Of a stretch of DNA of 64,000 nucleotides, positions 13,501-26,037 are shown one piece after another. The stretch is from positions 3,474,001 to 3,538,000 of the forward strand of contig NC_087246.1 in the NCBI RefSeq assembly GCF_037042905.1. The letters run 5' to 3'. The translations under genes were made by a program, and so were the position numbers. Below the pieces are notes generated by a model. That model ran no database searches, was not told the origin of the DNA, and saw only the letters and a program-made list of their open reading frames with translations. Position 1 is the stretch's first letter. Each line of letters begins with the position of its first letter. The stretch is from Lytechinus pictus (lineage: Eukaryota).

Positions 13501-16500
13501 ATAGATTAATGTAATTTCAGGTCACTAGGCGATCAATAAAAAAATTAACCAAAGGTTTAATAGGATTTTTAATTTTCATGGTCATTTTGTCTCGCCTGCA
13601 TAACAGAGTAAGACTATAGTAGTGGCATCGTCATCAACATTGAAATCTAAACTAAGGTAAAGTTTTGAAATGTCATCATAACTTAAAAATTAGATGGACC
13701 AAGTTCATGAAACGTAGGGTAATCAAATATGACTGATCGTCTTGCATGAGTTTTAGGTCACATGATTAAGGTCAAAGGTCATTTGGGTGAGTGAACTTTG
13801 ACCATGTTGGTGGTATTTATTTTTTTTTAACTCCATTGTATAAGAGAAGAACCATTAATTATGACTATTTTCACTCATTTTTTTTTCCAGTGTGATCCTG
13901 CCAATGATTTGAATGATAATACAGCCAACCTAGAATGCAGTACATGTTCCCTAAGCCAAGGGGATGCCGTCCATCATCTGTCTACCTATCGTACAGACAA
14001 TGTAGACTATTCCAGTGGTGTGGAGTGTGGAGAAGACCAGAGCTCTAGAGACAGTTCAGATATTGCTTGTTCTGAAGGCATGTGTAATCATTGTGATGAT
14101 GATATCATGCAAGGTAAGTAGCACTAGCTTCTTTTCCTTGTTTCTTCTTTTCTGCATCTATAGCTTTTTATAGTTTTGTTCAAGCATAAATTAGTATAAT
14201 TGATTTATCATCAATTAATTTGAATAATACTGTAGATTTACATCATGGGTGATTGCATGTACATCACCCATGAAGAAAAGAATTCTGTCTTATTAGGTTA
14301 AAGAATCATCCTTTTCTATCTCTCTGTAGATTCATAGGCAATGTGTATCTTTGTTATTTATGTTATTTTCTACAACATCCATTCTACTCAATTTTGGGGT
14401 TGAGTATGTTTCAAGACATTCTCTTTATTTAGCTTTTTTGGTAATGGATTATTTTATGATATCAGATCTTGTGAAAAAGCACTAGACTTATGTTAAGCTG
14501 CATACTTTAGGGCTAAGCCAATTATACAGGCAGAGGACAAACGAGCCTTTTCCAGGCGTTGACAAGCCAGGGAGGAGCCAGCGGGGTCACCTAGCTGGAA
14601 AGGTCTTTTGCATTATACTAGAACAAATTCAGACCACTTAAGATTCATAACTTTTGACGCACCACTTTTTTGCATCTTGTGGCTACTCGCCACCATAAAA
14701 AATGTCTGGCATTTTTTTTCAATGACCCTGATGCTATGCACGACAACATCGCACTTATTTCAGAACGTTAATTTTTAAGTTGGCTAGCTTAGTTTTTGAG
14801 GGGTTCTTTTCATGGCCCTCCTGGCCACACCCACCACCAATGACCAGCCAGACGCTCATTTTATTACTAAGGGGCATACATACAACCTTTTTAGCAAGGC
14901 TGACCCACTGGCTCCCGGACTGTTAGGAAGGCTGACATCGCTGGCTCCGGGAATACTAGGACTTGAACATATGGGGCAAAGTGTGGAATATACAGAGCAG
15001 TAGATGATCTCTATTGATTGTAAAACAAAATTCCTTTGTGCATAATGTTCATGTATCATACCTGTTTATGTACCCCTAATCTTTCTCTTTATCTTTTGTA
15101 TAAACCAGGTGAAGATGTAGACCAATGTAATGGTGAGGATGAGATCTGTGCAGACTGTGATATCACCCAAGGCAATGGTGATGCTACTATGGTCAAAGGA
15201 CGGTTTAAGTGCAATGGTGGTCAACCATTACCAACAACACATTGTTCTCATTCAGAGGTATGGATGGGCCTGATTTGCTTTGATACAATCTAGTTGGGAA
15301 AATTAGCAATGCTGTAATGCATATTTTCACAAAAATAGCATGCCAGGAGCTTTATTTAGTGAATTAGAGAGAGAAATATGATTTCATGAATGAATTTGCA
15401 TAATTAATTCATTTAAAAAAAGTATAGTGATGCAATTGACCTAAGAAACCACATAGATTATGTCATTGTCTACCATCCTGCAAATTTTTGTTAACAATCG
15501 CGCTATCTGCGGCTGAGATCTTAAGGGAGTGACAAGAATCATATTACCCCTGGACTATTAGGGTTAATACCCCCAGCGACTTTAATTGTGTTGTCTAATA
15601 AACAAATGTTTATTTATTCCAATATCCTAACTTTCACCCCCATATATTCTGAAAAGTACACATCATACACAGCATGGTATGTAGCTCCCCTATTTAAATC
15701 ATACAATTACATGTGGTTTAGGTAGTAAAAGTAGAGATGGAACAAACAATTTTTTCATATGACAATTATAATATTTTGAAATATAAATGACTAATATGGT
15801 ACATGTATTTCTTTAAGGACCACAATATTAATAGTAAGAGATGTAGTATTTATTTATTTGATTGACTCTTTATGATTGTGACTTTAATCAACGTTTATTC
15901 AGATATACTGATTTTCTCCCTCACATTTAAAAAGAAAGATTGTTTTTATTTTAAAAAATCTTGCTTAACCATATTTTAACTGGGTTATTTGTTGGGTAGG
16001 TTGATTTGACCCCCCCCCCCCCTCTCGGCTGTCAACCAAACAATCACCACAAAAAATATGAATGTAAACTACAATTTAATAAGTGAAGTAAAAGTTTTAT
16101 ACTTTTAAAGTAATTAATTATCCAAATAACTGCAGGAATATTATGTTTTTGCCTTAAAGTCACAGTTGTAGAGTGCTTATTTTCAGTGAAAATATTCATT
16201 TTGACACTTCAAACAAATACCAAAAAAGGTTGATTTTTTTTTCTCTCTTGATTTTTTGTTTTTTGATGAGCTTTGTATGGGACCCTCTTGTGATCATAAG
16301 CAACATAAAATTCATCCATTTAAACTAACGGAAGTAGAAATAACCATATATTTAGTATTTTTTGGTTGAAAACACAGTTTACATATATTTTGTACTTGAA
16401 ATAACATTTTTGAGCAATTTTGGGGTTGACATGCATGTATGAAATGTCACACAGCGTCATGACAGTGTGTCCGATTTTCATGAAAATGGTCTCAAAATAT

Positions 16501-19500
16501 GAGCAAGACTTGGAAATAAAAAGTTAGCTAGAATTTTGTGTGGTGGCATAGTTGTGATACTAAGATATCCTAGAGTTGAAACCCATTTTTTCTTTACTGC
16601 CCCCTGAATTACTGCAGATGGTTTCTTATAATTCACATTGTTTCTTTTTCCTCAAACAGATTCTCCCAGGAAATGAAATAATTTCCTTGTCTTCCTTTAA
16701 TTTCCTGTGTCACATGTTTCCTTATTCCTGTTATATCATTCACCTCTCATCTTAGTATGGAGTAAACAAATAAACCAAATTGTTTTGCCTTTAGTTTCTT
16801 AAGCCCAGTGCACACTATGCTACGCAATTACACTGAGATCCAATGGCAATGCATTGTAACTGCGATCCGATTTGTTGCAGAAGAATCGCAGACGAAATCT
16901 CAGACATTTGACATGTAAAATTTTCCTATGATTCTTCTGTGATTATGATAATTTGAGCCAATCAGATTTGCTGTAGACGATGACATCAAGACCAATCTGC
17001 TGCGTTGCTCCAGTGCTGACAACATACACGTAAAAGAGGATGTGCCATGGAGGTGCAGCAAGTTGCAGAGCTGTTGCATTGTTGCAATTGTACTGAGATG
17101 TGATTGGCAACTTATCAGATCTTGGTGCAATTACAATTCTCATGAAATGGGAAGACGCAGTTTTGGTATTTGTGCAATACACATTTTTGGTATTTGTCAG
17201 ATAGTGTGTTGCCATGGTAACCACATATATGGCAAAAAATCCAGGAAAACTCATTGTGGATCAAAGTACTTCCCCAATTTTTAGCCTGTGCCATTGAAAG
17301 TTGACGCAAATATTCTTCTTGGGGTAAAGACATGCAAGATTAATGTGTTGGAAACTGCATCACCATGGTAACAGCAAAGGGTGGGGGTATTATATTACTT
17401 TAGTGATATTTCTAGTTACTGAATGTTTCTTACTTTTATTCTTACAGATTCAAGAGGACAGGGGAGAGAATTCCCAAGTACAGAAAATATGTCAGTGCGC
17501 TAATGAAGACCAACTTAGAAGGGCAGTAGGTTGGACAATGCGGTTACAGGACATGTTGATAGAGGTAAGACTAGAGAGAGAATTTACAGTCTTGTAAATG
17601 GATTATTCACAATCCAAGCTGCTATAACCCAAGCTTAGAGGCCCCCCCCCCCTTTTCAATCAACAATTTGCGCAATAAATCCAAATTGCAAAAAAAAGTG
17701 ATAGGACGTTAAATTCCAATTTAATGCATAAATTAACAGTATTAACAAAGTCACACAATGTAGCCCTTTAAGCCCCTCTTACACCTTTACGGATGCAACA
17801 CAGATGATTCTGGATTGTCAATCAAGGGTCATCTGTGTTACAGTCTGGTATTACCATATACATACCAGCTACTCATCCAGAGCCATCCTTGATGTACCAG
17901 CATATCCGGGAGAAAATAGAACATGTTCAGTTTTTCATCCTGGATAACATTGACGGATAATCATCTGTGTTCATCCTTGTACATCCGTATAGCTACCGAA
18001 TGCATCCGGGAGGCTCCGTGTAAGAACCAGGAGGCCCTTTATGATACTAGGTGTATCTGGGGTCAAAATTTTTCTTTTGTTTGCGTATGTGAACATTAGT
18101 CTGTGTTCATGGCCATCTGCTTTAGATGTTGCAAAGGAAAGAAACTTCAATCTAACAAGATGCCGGTGACAAGAAGTGGCAAAATTCGGGCTCTAGCCAA
18201 AAGGGTTTCCATTCTGAATCCATCTCTTCCTGCCAGTGAAATAAAATCAAATGGTAGATAAGTGGCAGCAGCAACATCACAGGTAGAAGAAGTTGTTGAA
18301 AGTCATCCTATAACATAGGTAGCTCTCAAAAAGAAAGAAGACACCTTCCCTTAAGATTGCATGAATTTCTGTACAACAGAAGGCTGAAAGAATACAAGCT
18401 GGCAGATGTGAAAAACGGGCTGTTTGAGGAGAAAGCTTCAGAGCTGGAGGAGTGTACATCAAAAGTGTTGGAAACTAACAAAGAGTTGGGTCAAGAAGTA
18501 AGGAGGTACACTAATCGTCAGAAGTCGATTCTGGAAAATTTGGCTACCTCAAGGATCATATATGAATTGATTCACAAGATTCACTTCAATACACAGCAGG
18601 CCATCTTTATTGTGCTGGCTCTTTCTGATGTTTTGTGCATGGTTGTAAGGAGCCTTTTAGAATCTTGATGCTAGCAGTCAAAAGCAGTTCACCACTCTTC
18701 AAGCTCTTGTAGTTCTTGTAGTTCTTCAAGGTTGTATTTGAAGACCCTTTCTTTAAATAAGTTTCTCTGCGGCAGAGGCTTCATCAACCGTGTCTTGAGG
18801 ACAAATGCTTAATTACTAACAATGAAATACAGCATTAGTACATCATTGTTTGGTATAGGATCAGGATCTAGAACTCCAATCATGCCAGCTTTTTAAAACT
18901 CTTCTTAAGAATAGTCTTACTGAAGACTCCTGTATGTGATCCAGCACCACCAGCCACAATATCCATGAAGAGGATTTGCACAGTGCATCCTTTAGCACTA
19001 ATAGAAGAATCAAGTGGAATCCCTTGTAATCAAAATAGACAGATTCTGCATAACCTAGATATTTGATTACCCAGTGCTTCCTGTCAATTGTTCCTAAGCA
19101 ATATTGGAAGTTCCACTTTGCATTGAGACATGGGGACACCTGTTTGCAGGCTAATGGGACAGATCGTTACTTCTGTCGAAAAAAGTATCTATGAAGTCTA
19201 GGCATACCCAAGGGATGAAAATTGACATTGCACTGCAGGATACCCTAAAAGCTATTGCCCAAGGCCAAGTATCGGAGGGTTATGGCAAGCTTAATCCCTG
19301 GATCAAGCGCCCTGCTATAGAATGTGTTCTGCTTCTCAATCTTTGGTCCAATTCAGTAGTTAGCATTCGTGAAGTGTTTCTGAGTCGATCGTCATAAAGT
19401 TTCTGAAGCTATTTACAGCTTCTCTCATCAGTTCTCCGTCAACTTTCATAATGTCCGTAAATATGATGTCGAAGGAGCCACGGTTTGACCCATCCCCTCC

Positions 19501-20223
19501 TCCATCTCATGTGATGTTTGTGGTCTTTGTTTGCTTTTTGTTGTATCAAACAACATGTTTTGGTTTAATGATTAGCAAAAACATGTTAGAATACTTGGCC
19601 AATACTCTTGAGATATCCCAGTAGAGAAGGCAAGCCACTGTGAAAGTATGTGTTAGGACCCAGTAACATCAGTGCTCTGTGTATTCTGTGTTCACTCTCG
19701 GGAGCTCATCAAGCATATAAATACCCAGTTAACTTTGCTTTTGCTCTGACAATGCTAGAAAAATACCAATTTGGCACCCTGGATCACCACAAATTGAGAT
19801 CCTTGATGATCCATGTTCCATCCTTGAAAGTATGGAAGGGACTAAAGATCTTAGTCCATAGAGTTGGGTTTCCTTGTAAGTCAGAGCAGATTCATCTTGC
19901 ATTGTTAGGCCTGTTATGTCTTTATTTTATTATCATCACCATTGTCTGCAAATAACTGAAATTATCATAAAAATGGTATGAATCATATGACATATGATCT
20001 TTTTCTCTTCCAGCCTGAGTCTGTGTTGGCTGAGAATGAGGAGGAGTTACTCATTTCCCAGGAGGAGATCCGAGACTTCCGTGCCAATCACAAATCTGTT
20101 CACCGGCAGCGCCAGCAGCTACGGGCCAAACTCCAACAGCGCTTTAACCGACGCTTCCAGGGGCGGGAACCCTTGTGTGCTACAGACTATCGGCTGGGAC
20201 AGCTCACTATCGCTGTTGATTAA
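1413..20223 (+). CDS. GGNBP2: Gametogenetin-binding protein 2 (GGNBP2/ZNF403) orthologue, 5'-partial, 12 coding exons, ~625 aa in window
   Basis: Exons 1413-1514, 2493-2605, 5140-5286, 6605-6700, 9819-9929, 10454-10657, 11524-11698, 12830-13060, 13891-14113, 15109-15257, 17448-17564 and 20014-20223 join by GT-AG into one open frame. Motifs recognised from vertebrate GGNBP2: CVGCRRS, RCPLHSLD, WIDVWEVM, YLQKHRFCTDCK, RRERHAKTIDIAQEEVLTCLG, ISQEEI. Confidence 0.95.
1974..2400. mobile_element. Foldback MITE (near-complete palindrome, ~200 bp arms)
   Basis: ggccataattcacaaaggtggttt... pairs with ...aaaccacc...tgtgaatttgggcc along the whole length. Confidence 0.85.
2493..2605 (+). CDS. GGNBP2: GGNBP2 coding exon (KCSVLNRDEL...TCVGCRR)
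   Basis: Polypyrimidine-AG acceptor, gtaata donor, conserved CVGCRRS motif. Confidence 0.93.
3009..4715. mobile_element. Tc1/pogo-type non-autonomous transposon with TA TSD and a nested repeat
   Basis: TA|GGGGAGACCGGGG...CCCCGGTCTCCCC|TA; internal ggggtaagttggaaca repeats. A 3' fragment of the same family lies at ~54060-54454. Confidence 0.88.
3545..4140. mobile_element. Fragment of a TTAACCC...GGGTTAA-type (piggyBac-like) MITE nested in the pogo element
   Basis: Ends ...ccccagattgataagggtaaa; related sequence at ~5995-6140 and ~15965-16570. Left boundary is approximate. Confidence 0.5.
5140..5286 (+). CDS. GGNBP2: GGNBP2 coding exon (MEEMFTRL...LEPLVIT...LYVQ)
   Basis: cttag acceptor, gtcagt donor, 147 nt, phase 2/2, LEPL motif. 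Confidence 0.92.
6605..6700 (+). CDS. GGNBP2: GGNBP2 coding exon (KNKKRRCPLHSLDNHK)
   Basis: tttcag acceptor, gtaagt donor, 96 nt; corresponds to vertebrate KKNKRCQLHSLDTHK. Confidence 0.93.
7204..7457 (+). mobile_element. tRNA-derived SINE (tRNA-Val-like head, Meta-SINE-like core)
   Basis: A box TGGCTCAGTTGG, B box GAGTTCAAACCC, CAC anticodon loop, followed by a non-tRNA body gtcagaccaaaagacgttaaaagatgg.... Core assignment is from recollection. Confidence 0.8.
8771..9550. mobile_element. Helentron-associated (HINE/DINE-1-like) element with internal tandem repeats rich in AGGTCA motifs
   Basis: Subterminal inverted repeat gtctcgc(c/t)tgc ... gcaggcgagac, T-rich flanks, internal ~150 bp repeats; partial copies at ~13280-13820 and ~63020-63795. 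Confidence 0.7.
9819..9929 (+). CDS. GGNBP2: GGNBP2 coding exon (VWIDVWEVMKKPCREEV...YLQKH)
   Basis: aatag acceptor, gtgagc donor, 111 nt, conserved WxDVWE motif. Confidence 0.94.
10454..10657 (+). CDS. GGNBP2: GGNBP2 coding exon (FCTDCKAKV...YEGLRLC...RAEPDLHG)
   Basis: tag acceptor, gtaagt donor, 204 nt, CxxC motif. Confidence 0.95.
10674..11243. mobile_element. Kolobok-type MITE with TTAA TSD
   Basis: TTAA|AGGTCAAGTCCACCCC...GGGGTGGACTTGTCCT|TTAA; same family at 29731-30569 and 40500-41074. Confidence 0.88.
11524..11698 (+). CDS. GGNBP2: GGNBP2 coding exon (RRERHAKTIDIAQEEVLTCLG...RKSFE)
   Basis: ccag acceptor, gtactg donor, 175 nt; family signature motif. Confidence 0.96.
12830..13060 (+). 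CDS. GGNBP2: GGNBP2 coding exon (coiled-coil and Lys-rich segment)
   Basis: aacag acceptor, gtaaat donor, 231 nt; SRLELVCEE and EKKEQKKLKKKARKKNK. Confidence 0.9.
13891..14113 (+). CDS. GGNBP2: GGNBP2 coding exon (DYSSG...SDIACSEGMCNH)
   Basis: ttccag acceptor, gtaagt donor; SDIACSEGMCNH resembles the conserved SDVACTEGICNH motif. Confidence 0.9.
15109..15257 (+). CDS. GGNBP2: GGNBP2 coding exon (acidic, Cys-containing)
   Basis: accag acceptor, gtatgg donor; phase 1 to 0 is required to join the flanking exons. Confidence 0.8.
17448..17564 (+). CDS. GGNBP2: GGNBP2 coding exon (IQEDRGE...LQDMLIE)
   Basis: ttacag acceptor, gtaaga donor, 117 nt, phase 0/0. Confidence 0.82.
18357..18560 (+). 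pseudogene. MADF/Myb-SANT-like DNA-binding protein relic (Harbinger accessory gene)
   Basis: HEFLYNRRLKEYKLADVKNGLFEEKASEL fits the MADF pattern LY/LW...Y......K...W. Confidence 0.65.
18727..19495 (-). pseudogene. Harbinger (HARBI1/DDE_Tnp_4-like) transposase relic
   Basis: Minus-strand segments WVKPWLLR, ALDPGIKLAITLRYLALGNSF, WNFQYCLGTIDRKH...YKGFHLILL and YFIVSN*AF...LMKP...ERVFKY; stops and frameshifts present. Confidence 0.88.
20014..20223 (+). CDS. GGNBP2: GGNBP2 terminal coding exon with TAA stop
   Basis: ttccag acceptor; LISQEEIRDF...RQQLRAKLQQRFN matches the conserved C-terminal helix. Confidence 0.92.
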   Translation, partial: PESVLAENEEELLISQEEIRDFRANHKSVHRQRQQLRAKLQQRFNRRFQGREPLCATDYRLGQLTIAVD

Positions 20224-21604
20224 TTATCAAGGTTCTAGGATTGGGATAGGGCTCATGAAACAAAAATGTCATCTACTCTTGTGCAAATGTAATTCCAAAT
20301 TTAGCATAGACTATTTATTAAGTACTGGTAAAAGGCATAAAAGAATTTCACGCATGGGGGATTGTATAGTCTTTTCTCTTTTTAATGATGTAATATAAAT
20401 ATTATCAATCATGAATATAATTTTTGGAAGCCATAAGACTGACACAAAGCATGCATGGTGTATCATCAGACTGTCCTTAAGTTACCAACACACAGCTTTA
20501 CAAATGACTCGTAAAACAAACAAAATATTATTAGAAAGTATCTGATTGCCCTTGTTCAAAGTGGCAAATGAATAATTACATTGAAAATATTTATCAATTA
20601 ATAAAACAAATGAATTATCATATCCTGACTTGAGCCTGAAATATCCCTCAGTATTTGCACCTCTTCTCAATTCCAAGTCATTTTGAAATTTAACATAAGA
20701 AAAGCCTTATGTAACACACTATTGCAGGTTGTGTCTTTCAAACCAAGTTTGTGTGTAATATTAGACTGAATGATCATGTAATGACTACTTACAGTCTGAT
20801 TCATAGAAAACTATAAATGAAAATAATTGAAGAAAACCAACATTGTTACATTCCACTGTGATCAGGATATAAGGAGGAGAAGAGTTGAAGAGCAAGAGGC
20901 ACTGTACTTACGGAATAACGTGAAAAATAAACTTTACATGGATAAACTTGCTTCCATTTTTAAATTTAAACGGGGTCGGTAAAGTGAAAGATAATGTAGT
21001 TATGGAAATGAAATGAATGGTTGCTAAGAGCAATGCATTAAATTTATAACAGAGATATTTATGAAGAGTATGACTTTTTTGCAGTGAAAGAAGTGTGTAT
21101 TTCTTACAGGCAAGTGAATTTTTGTCTTTAATGTGTTCCTCTATTGTTTTTCTTATTTTTATCTACTACTCTGTTTCTCCTATCTCTGACTCCTTCTCCT
21201 CTCTCTCTCTCTCTCTCTCTCTTTATCTCTTTTTCTCTCCCCCCCCCCCTCTCCCCCTTGCCTTCGTGTCACCTTATTTTGTCTCTCTTACTCCATGTGC
21301 AATGAAAAAAAAAGAATGAAAAGAAGAATCCTCTCTTGAACTATTAAGGATTCTGTAGAAAGATAAAAGAAAAGCTAAAGCATGTAAAATGAATCAATGC
21401 AGTGTTATGAGGTTGAAATGCATTCCAGTCTGCATCATGTGTCTCAGTTACAAAAACAGCCAGCTGAACTTAAGAACAGTCTGTTTTGTCCATAAAAGGG
21501 CTAACAAGAGATAAAAGATTGATAAAGAAAAGATGACATTTTAATTGTATTGCAGGAGACCATGGTCGTTTATGTAGCCCACATAAAGACCAAAATATGT
21601 TTAA

Positions 21605-23649
21605 AGGAGAATGAAACCCCTGAAACCACTTGAATTCATATATAAGAGAAAAATCAAAGAAACAGAATGAAGAAAGTTTCAGGAAGATTGAATGAATTGT
21701 GAGAAAGCTGCAAGCATTTGAATTCATTAGAATCAAATTTACCTAAATGTGATGACGTCATAAAATGCAAAACTGTATTTTTCAAATTCCGATGCCATTG
21801 ATGCCATCACGATGTTATTGAGGGTCAAATACAACATGAGATCATATCTATTGTTCATAATCTAACCAACCATGAAAAAGAAAATTGGGGTCCCCATTTT
21901 TCTGATGAGCTATAGCGAATTTTATAGAGGCATATTTTTGCCCACATATGACCTATTATTAGAGCTCACATGCATGCTTTTATGGACGCACATTTCCGAT
22001 AATTGATCATAAAAAAGCTGAATGTGGTATCAAATTGCTCAGAATATAATGTACAAATTCAAGACACGTGTGCACCTATGCATATGATCTTAAAAAATAG
22101 CCAGGACATGCCCACTATGACATCTATACATGACATGAAAATCAAGGAAATTGACATGCCCAATTACAAGATCTTGTAGGAAAAAAAAAATCTATTAAAG
22201 TAAACAAAAAAGAAAGAAAGATCTATCATATACATATATGACAGACCACCTACATAGTGCCCTTTTTTGTAATCAAGTGTTCATTTTCTCTATCATAATA
22301 CAAATCATAAATAATTCTAAATTTCATATTGTAAATATCAATTGGCTTGTGGGGGAAGTTCCTGAAAGTGCCCCTGGGCAGTTTTGGTGTTTTTTTTCAT
22401 GAAATGCAACTGGGCTGTGATCAAACTCATTAGAAATCATCCCAATAACGTCAAAATTAGAGTTGAATTAATCTGGTTTTGCCTGATATAGGACTAAGGA
22501 TATAAAAATAGATAAAAAGGGTAATTTTAAAAGAATGGGGCACCAACTATGGAATGACATCCATAAGGCCCACCCCTCCCCCTATTTGCTAAATATTAGC
22601 AAGTTTTATTAAATTTTTAGGAAAATTTTAAGATCCAGATAAAATTGATATGTGCATTAGACCTCTATTAAAGAAAATCTATAGAAATACCCAGAATTAT
22701 TGCAACACGGGCGTGAGTGCTACCCATGTATTTTATTTTTTAAGATTTTTTTAGGAGGGGGTTAATAAATGGTATAAAATCATTTACGTTATTGCATATT
22801 TAAGCGCCAATGCCCCCCCCCCCCACACACATTTTTTGCCAACTCCAACTACCATTGTCCAGCAGATTACATAGATATCATAAAAATATGTCATCTGAAT
22901 TTGTAGTCCCACACGTGGAAAATGTTGATACATCTAACTTTCTTCCATTAGCTACATAAACTAAATGCCTTTGCCCTCTTTAAGATGGCAGCTGCTCGTT
23001 CATTTCTTCACTGCCACATTGCATACGAATTAATGCGAGCCATTCAGTGGATTCACAATACGGTGCACCATACAATATATTGGTTGCAGCTGACAGGCCA
23101 AAATTCGCAACTCCTCATGGGAAGAAGTCGACATCTGTTGCATGCGTTAGTACTAAATAGCATGCATACAATTATTCAGCGCTGGCCGAAGCGGCTCGAC
23201 TGGCTATGCTGTTTACTAGGGTCCAGGAGATGGGAGAGGAATTTGCCTGAATATTTCTTTGCGTAATTTAGACTGTATTTGATGAATTCCTGCCATATGT
23301 TTTTCATTTTTTAAGCATCACAGTACACTAGCACTGCGCTGTCTGCGCCTGCATGTGATGTCAACCACGAAGATAGACAATTGGCCTGTACCCAACGATA
23401 GATGGCGCACCATATTTTGAATCCACCGAATTGCTCAAGGGTCCATATAATACATCTCTATGAATTGTACATATGTGACATCACAGATCTTGTTCTTGTT
23501 TGCCCGGCTAAAGGGAAGATTTCCATAGCATGAGTGATCTCAACAACTTTCTTATTGCTTGTCCAATTTTACTGAAACTTTTGTTGATTTCATTTTTTTG
23601 ATTTTCTTCTTTCAGACATGCTAACTTGCTCCAAAGGTTTCACTCTCCT
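21605..23649. mobile_element. ~2 kb Kolobok-type non-autonomous element with TTAA TSD
   Basis: TTAA|AGGAGAATGAAACC ... GGTTTCACTCTCCT|TTAA. Confidence 0.82.
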
Positions 23650-25659
23650 TTAACAATTGCAACAAAAAGAAAACTCTTGAAATGTTTAAGAAAAATGACT
23701 GCAACTAGAATGCTAACACAATCAATTTGCATAAAGTGTAATCTGTTGTACTTTTTAAAATCTGTTTATTTCCTCCAAGTCTAATGTAAACAGGGTTTAG
23801 TCTATAATGCCAGCCTATTTTTTCAGTCATGATCTGCACAAAGCCATAAAGTGAAATTGATATATTTGAAAATCCAAAATTATATCACACTTATTTATTT
23901 TCATGTTCATTCTTATTTTATTGAAATTATGCATGAAATGGCTTTGACATTTTTTTTTATAGCATTGATAATTGGTTTCAAATGATGCCTTAAGCTCTAA
24001 AGGAATGAATCATGGATTGTTAAATGTCAATCTCACTCCCCTGGGTTAAAGTTCATCCTGCTACTATACACCATGTTAAATTAAACCACACTGGTGACTT
24101 GCTAACAGCTAGAATCAATTTCAAACTTTGCTAGTCAACCTGTACTAGTAATATTCATTTGTTTGGCCTTCATAATCAACACAAGAATGGTAATATTGAT
24201 GATAGTATTATTTAATTTCTTAAGGGAGCATTCTTTGAGAATTACTGTTCATTGGCAATTTTTTTCTACACTAATGTAGGTTTGAGATATGATATTCAAT
24301 AGTCAAAATTACAACTAAATATGCAATATGAAAATGGCATCTGGTCATTTGCGACATAGTGATCCCTAATACATTTGTTCAATGTGCCTTTAATCATTAA
24401 ATGGTTTCTTATTCATAAAGTCAATTACTATATTACCCCATGAGCAATATGTTCATGGAATAAACTGGACATGATTGTGTAGGCTTTATGCTAGATGACA
24501 ATGAGTAACTCTATATATATATAGATTGCATTATCACTCATGACTGTGATATACATTAATTTTGCTCTTTATTGCACAACTGTGCAAACGTGCTGGTTAC
24601 ATTTCTTCCACTGCTATCGCTGCTAATGCTGTAGTATACTCTACTGACCTTCCTAAGGAATCACTTCAAGAAGCTCTCAAAGGTCCACTTATTTTGTTGA
24701 TGAACTTAATTAACTGTTATTAATGAAGTTGAGCAATAAAGATGATGTTTTTATTCCTCAACTGGTCTCATTTGAAAATTGATCACTGTTGAGTGGCCAT
24801 TATGTTTATTTAGTGTAGGTAATTGTATAGTGCTTTGTAACCAGAAGGAATAAGGGGTCTTTGATTTGAATCTTGTATTGAAAGTAGACCAAATCATGAA
24901 AGTGTATGTACACACATGTGCTATTAAAGAATGGGTATCAAAATCCCTGCAATTTGATTGGTCAATCATTGTCTATTTTAATTTTACTGGGCAGATATCA
25001 CGCTTTTTTACGATAGTCATTGTAAAATGACACTGAAATCTCCCTGAATTCCTAGTTAGTTCAGAGTACATTTGGCAACATCAGCAACAACACTGAGTTA
25101 TAGGACTAGATAGTTCAATGGTGTCATCTTTTTAAATTTTGTGAGATAAATATGAATTATTTTGCCATCCAAATGGAATTGCTTTGTCAAGTTAAATTCA
25201 TGTAGCTACAACTCCTCAATTGTAAGTGAATGGACATATGAATGAGAGGTCGGCTGGGGGTAAATGAGTGTGATATGAAATTTATGGTTTTGTTTTTTAT
25301 GTGCTCTATTCTCTTTACTTGTAAATTCAAATCAATATATTTATGATATATTATGTGGTTTAGGTTGCTGTCTCTGTATTCTTAAGAATTGTAATGATAT
25401 ATTACTTCTGAAAGGAAGTGAGCAGAAAAGGAAGATAAGAGGCTTCATGTGTTTTTACTGCAAATTTGAAAAGACCAAATGAGATGAAATGGAGATGAAA
25501 TGAAACAATTAAATATTCAGAAGCAATGGTATTTACATTGGCAAGCTTCAATAAAAAGCACCAAATTTATTGCAAATACAATCTTGATCTATCTTTTGTA
25601 TTCATTGATGTGTTGGATGAAATAATCTTTTTAGATACTTGTAAAGGAAAATCATCAAA

Positions 25660-25815
25660 ATACTATCATCATCTTCTCCTTCATCATCATCATATCATCA
25701 CCATCATCCTTATCATCATCAACATCATTATCATCATCATCTTCTTCATCATCATCATTATCATCATCATCTTCTTCATTATCATATCATCTTCGTCCTT
25801 ATCATCATTATCACC
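25660..25815. repeat. (ATC)n degenerate microsatellite
   Basis: catcatcat/cttcat runs. Confidence 0.9.
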
Positions 25816-26037
25816 AAACGCTTCTATTTTTTATGTCATTAAGTCATCATGATGTCATCAACACGCCATTTTATACATGATTGATCATAACAATGATAAA
25901 AAAAATCAACTGTACTCACATCAATTTGGGTGAAGGGTCATCAGGTCATTTTCAGCAAAAAAAATAACTTAATGACATGCAATATATATAATAGGTCTGA
26001 AATAATTCGATTATTAATGAATAATAAATATGCAACA

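Larger units (their letters stand above)
17768..19630. mobile_element. Decayed autonomous PIF/Harbinger transposon in the last GGNBP2 intron
   Basis: Harbinger-like left end gcccctcttacacc; MADF-like gene on +, transposase relic on -. Right boundary is approximate. Confidence 0.78.
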
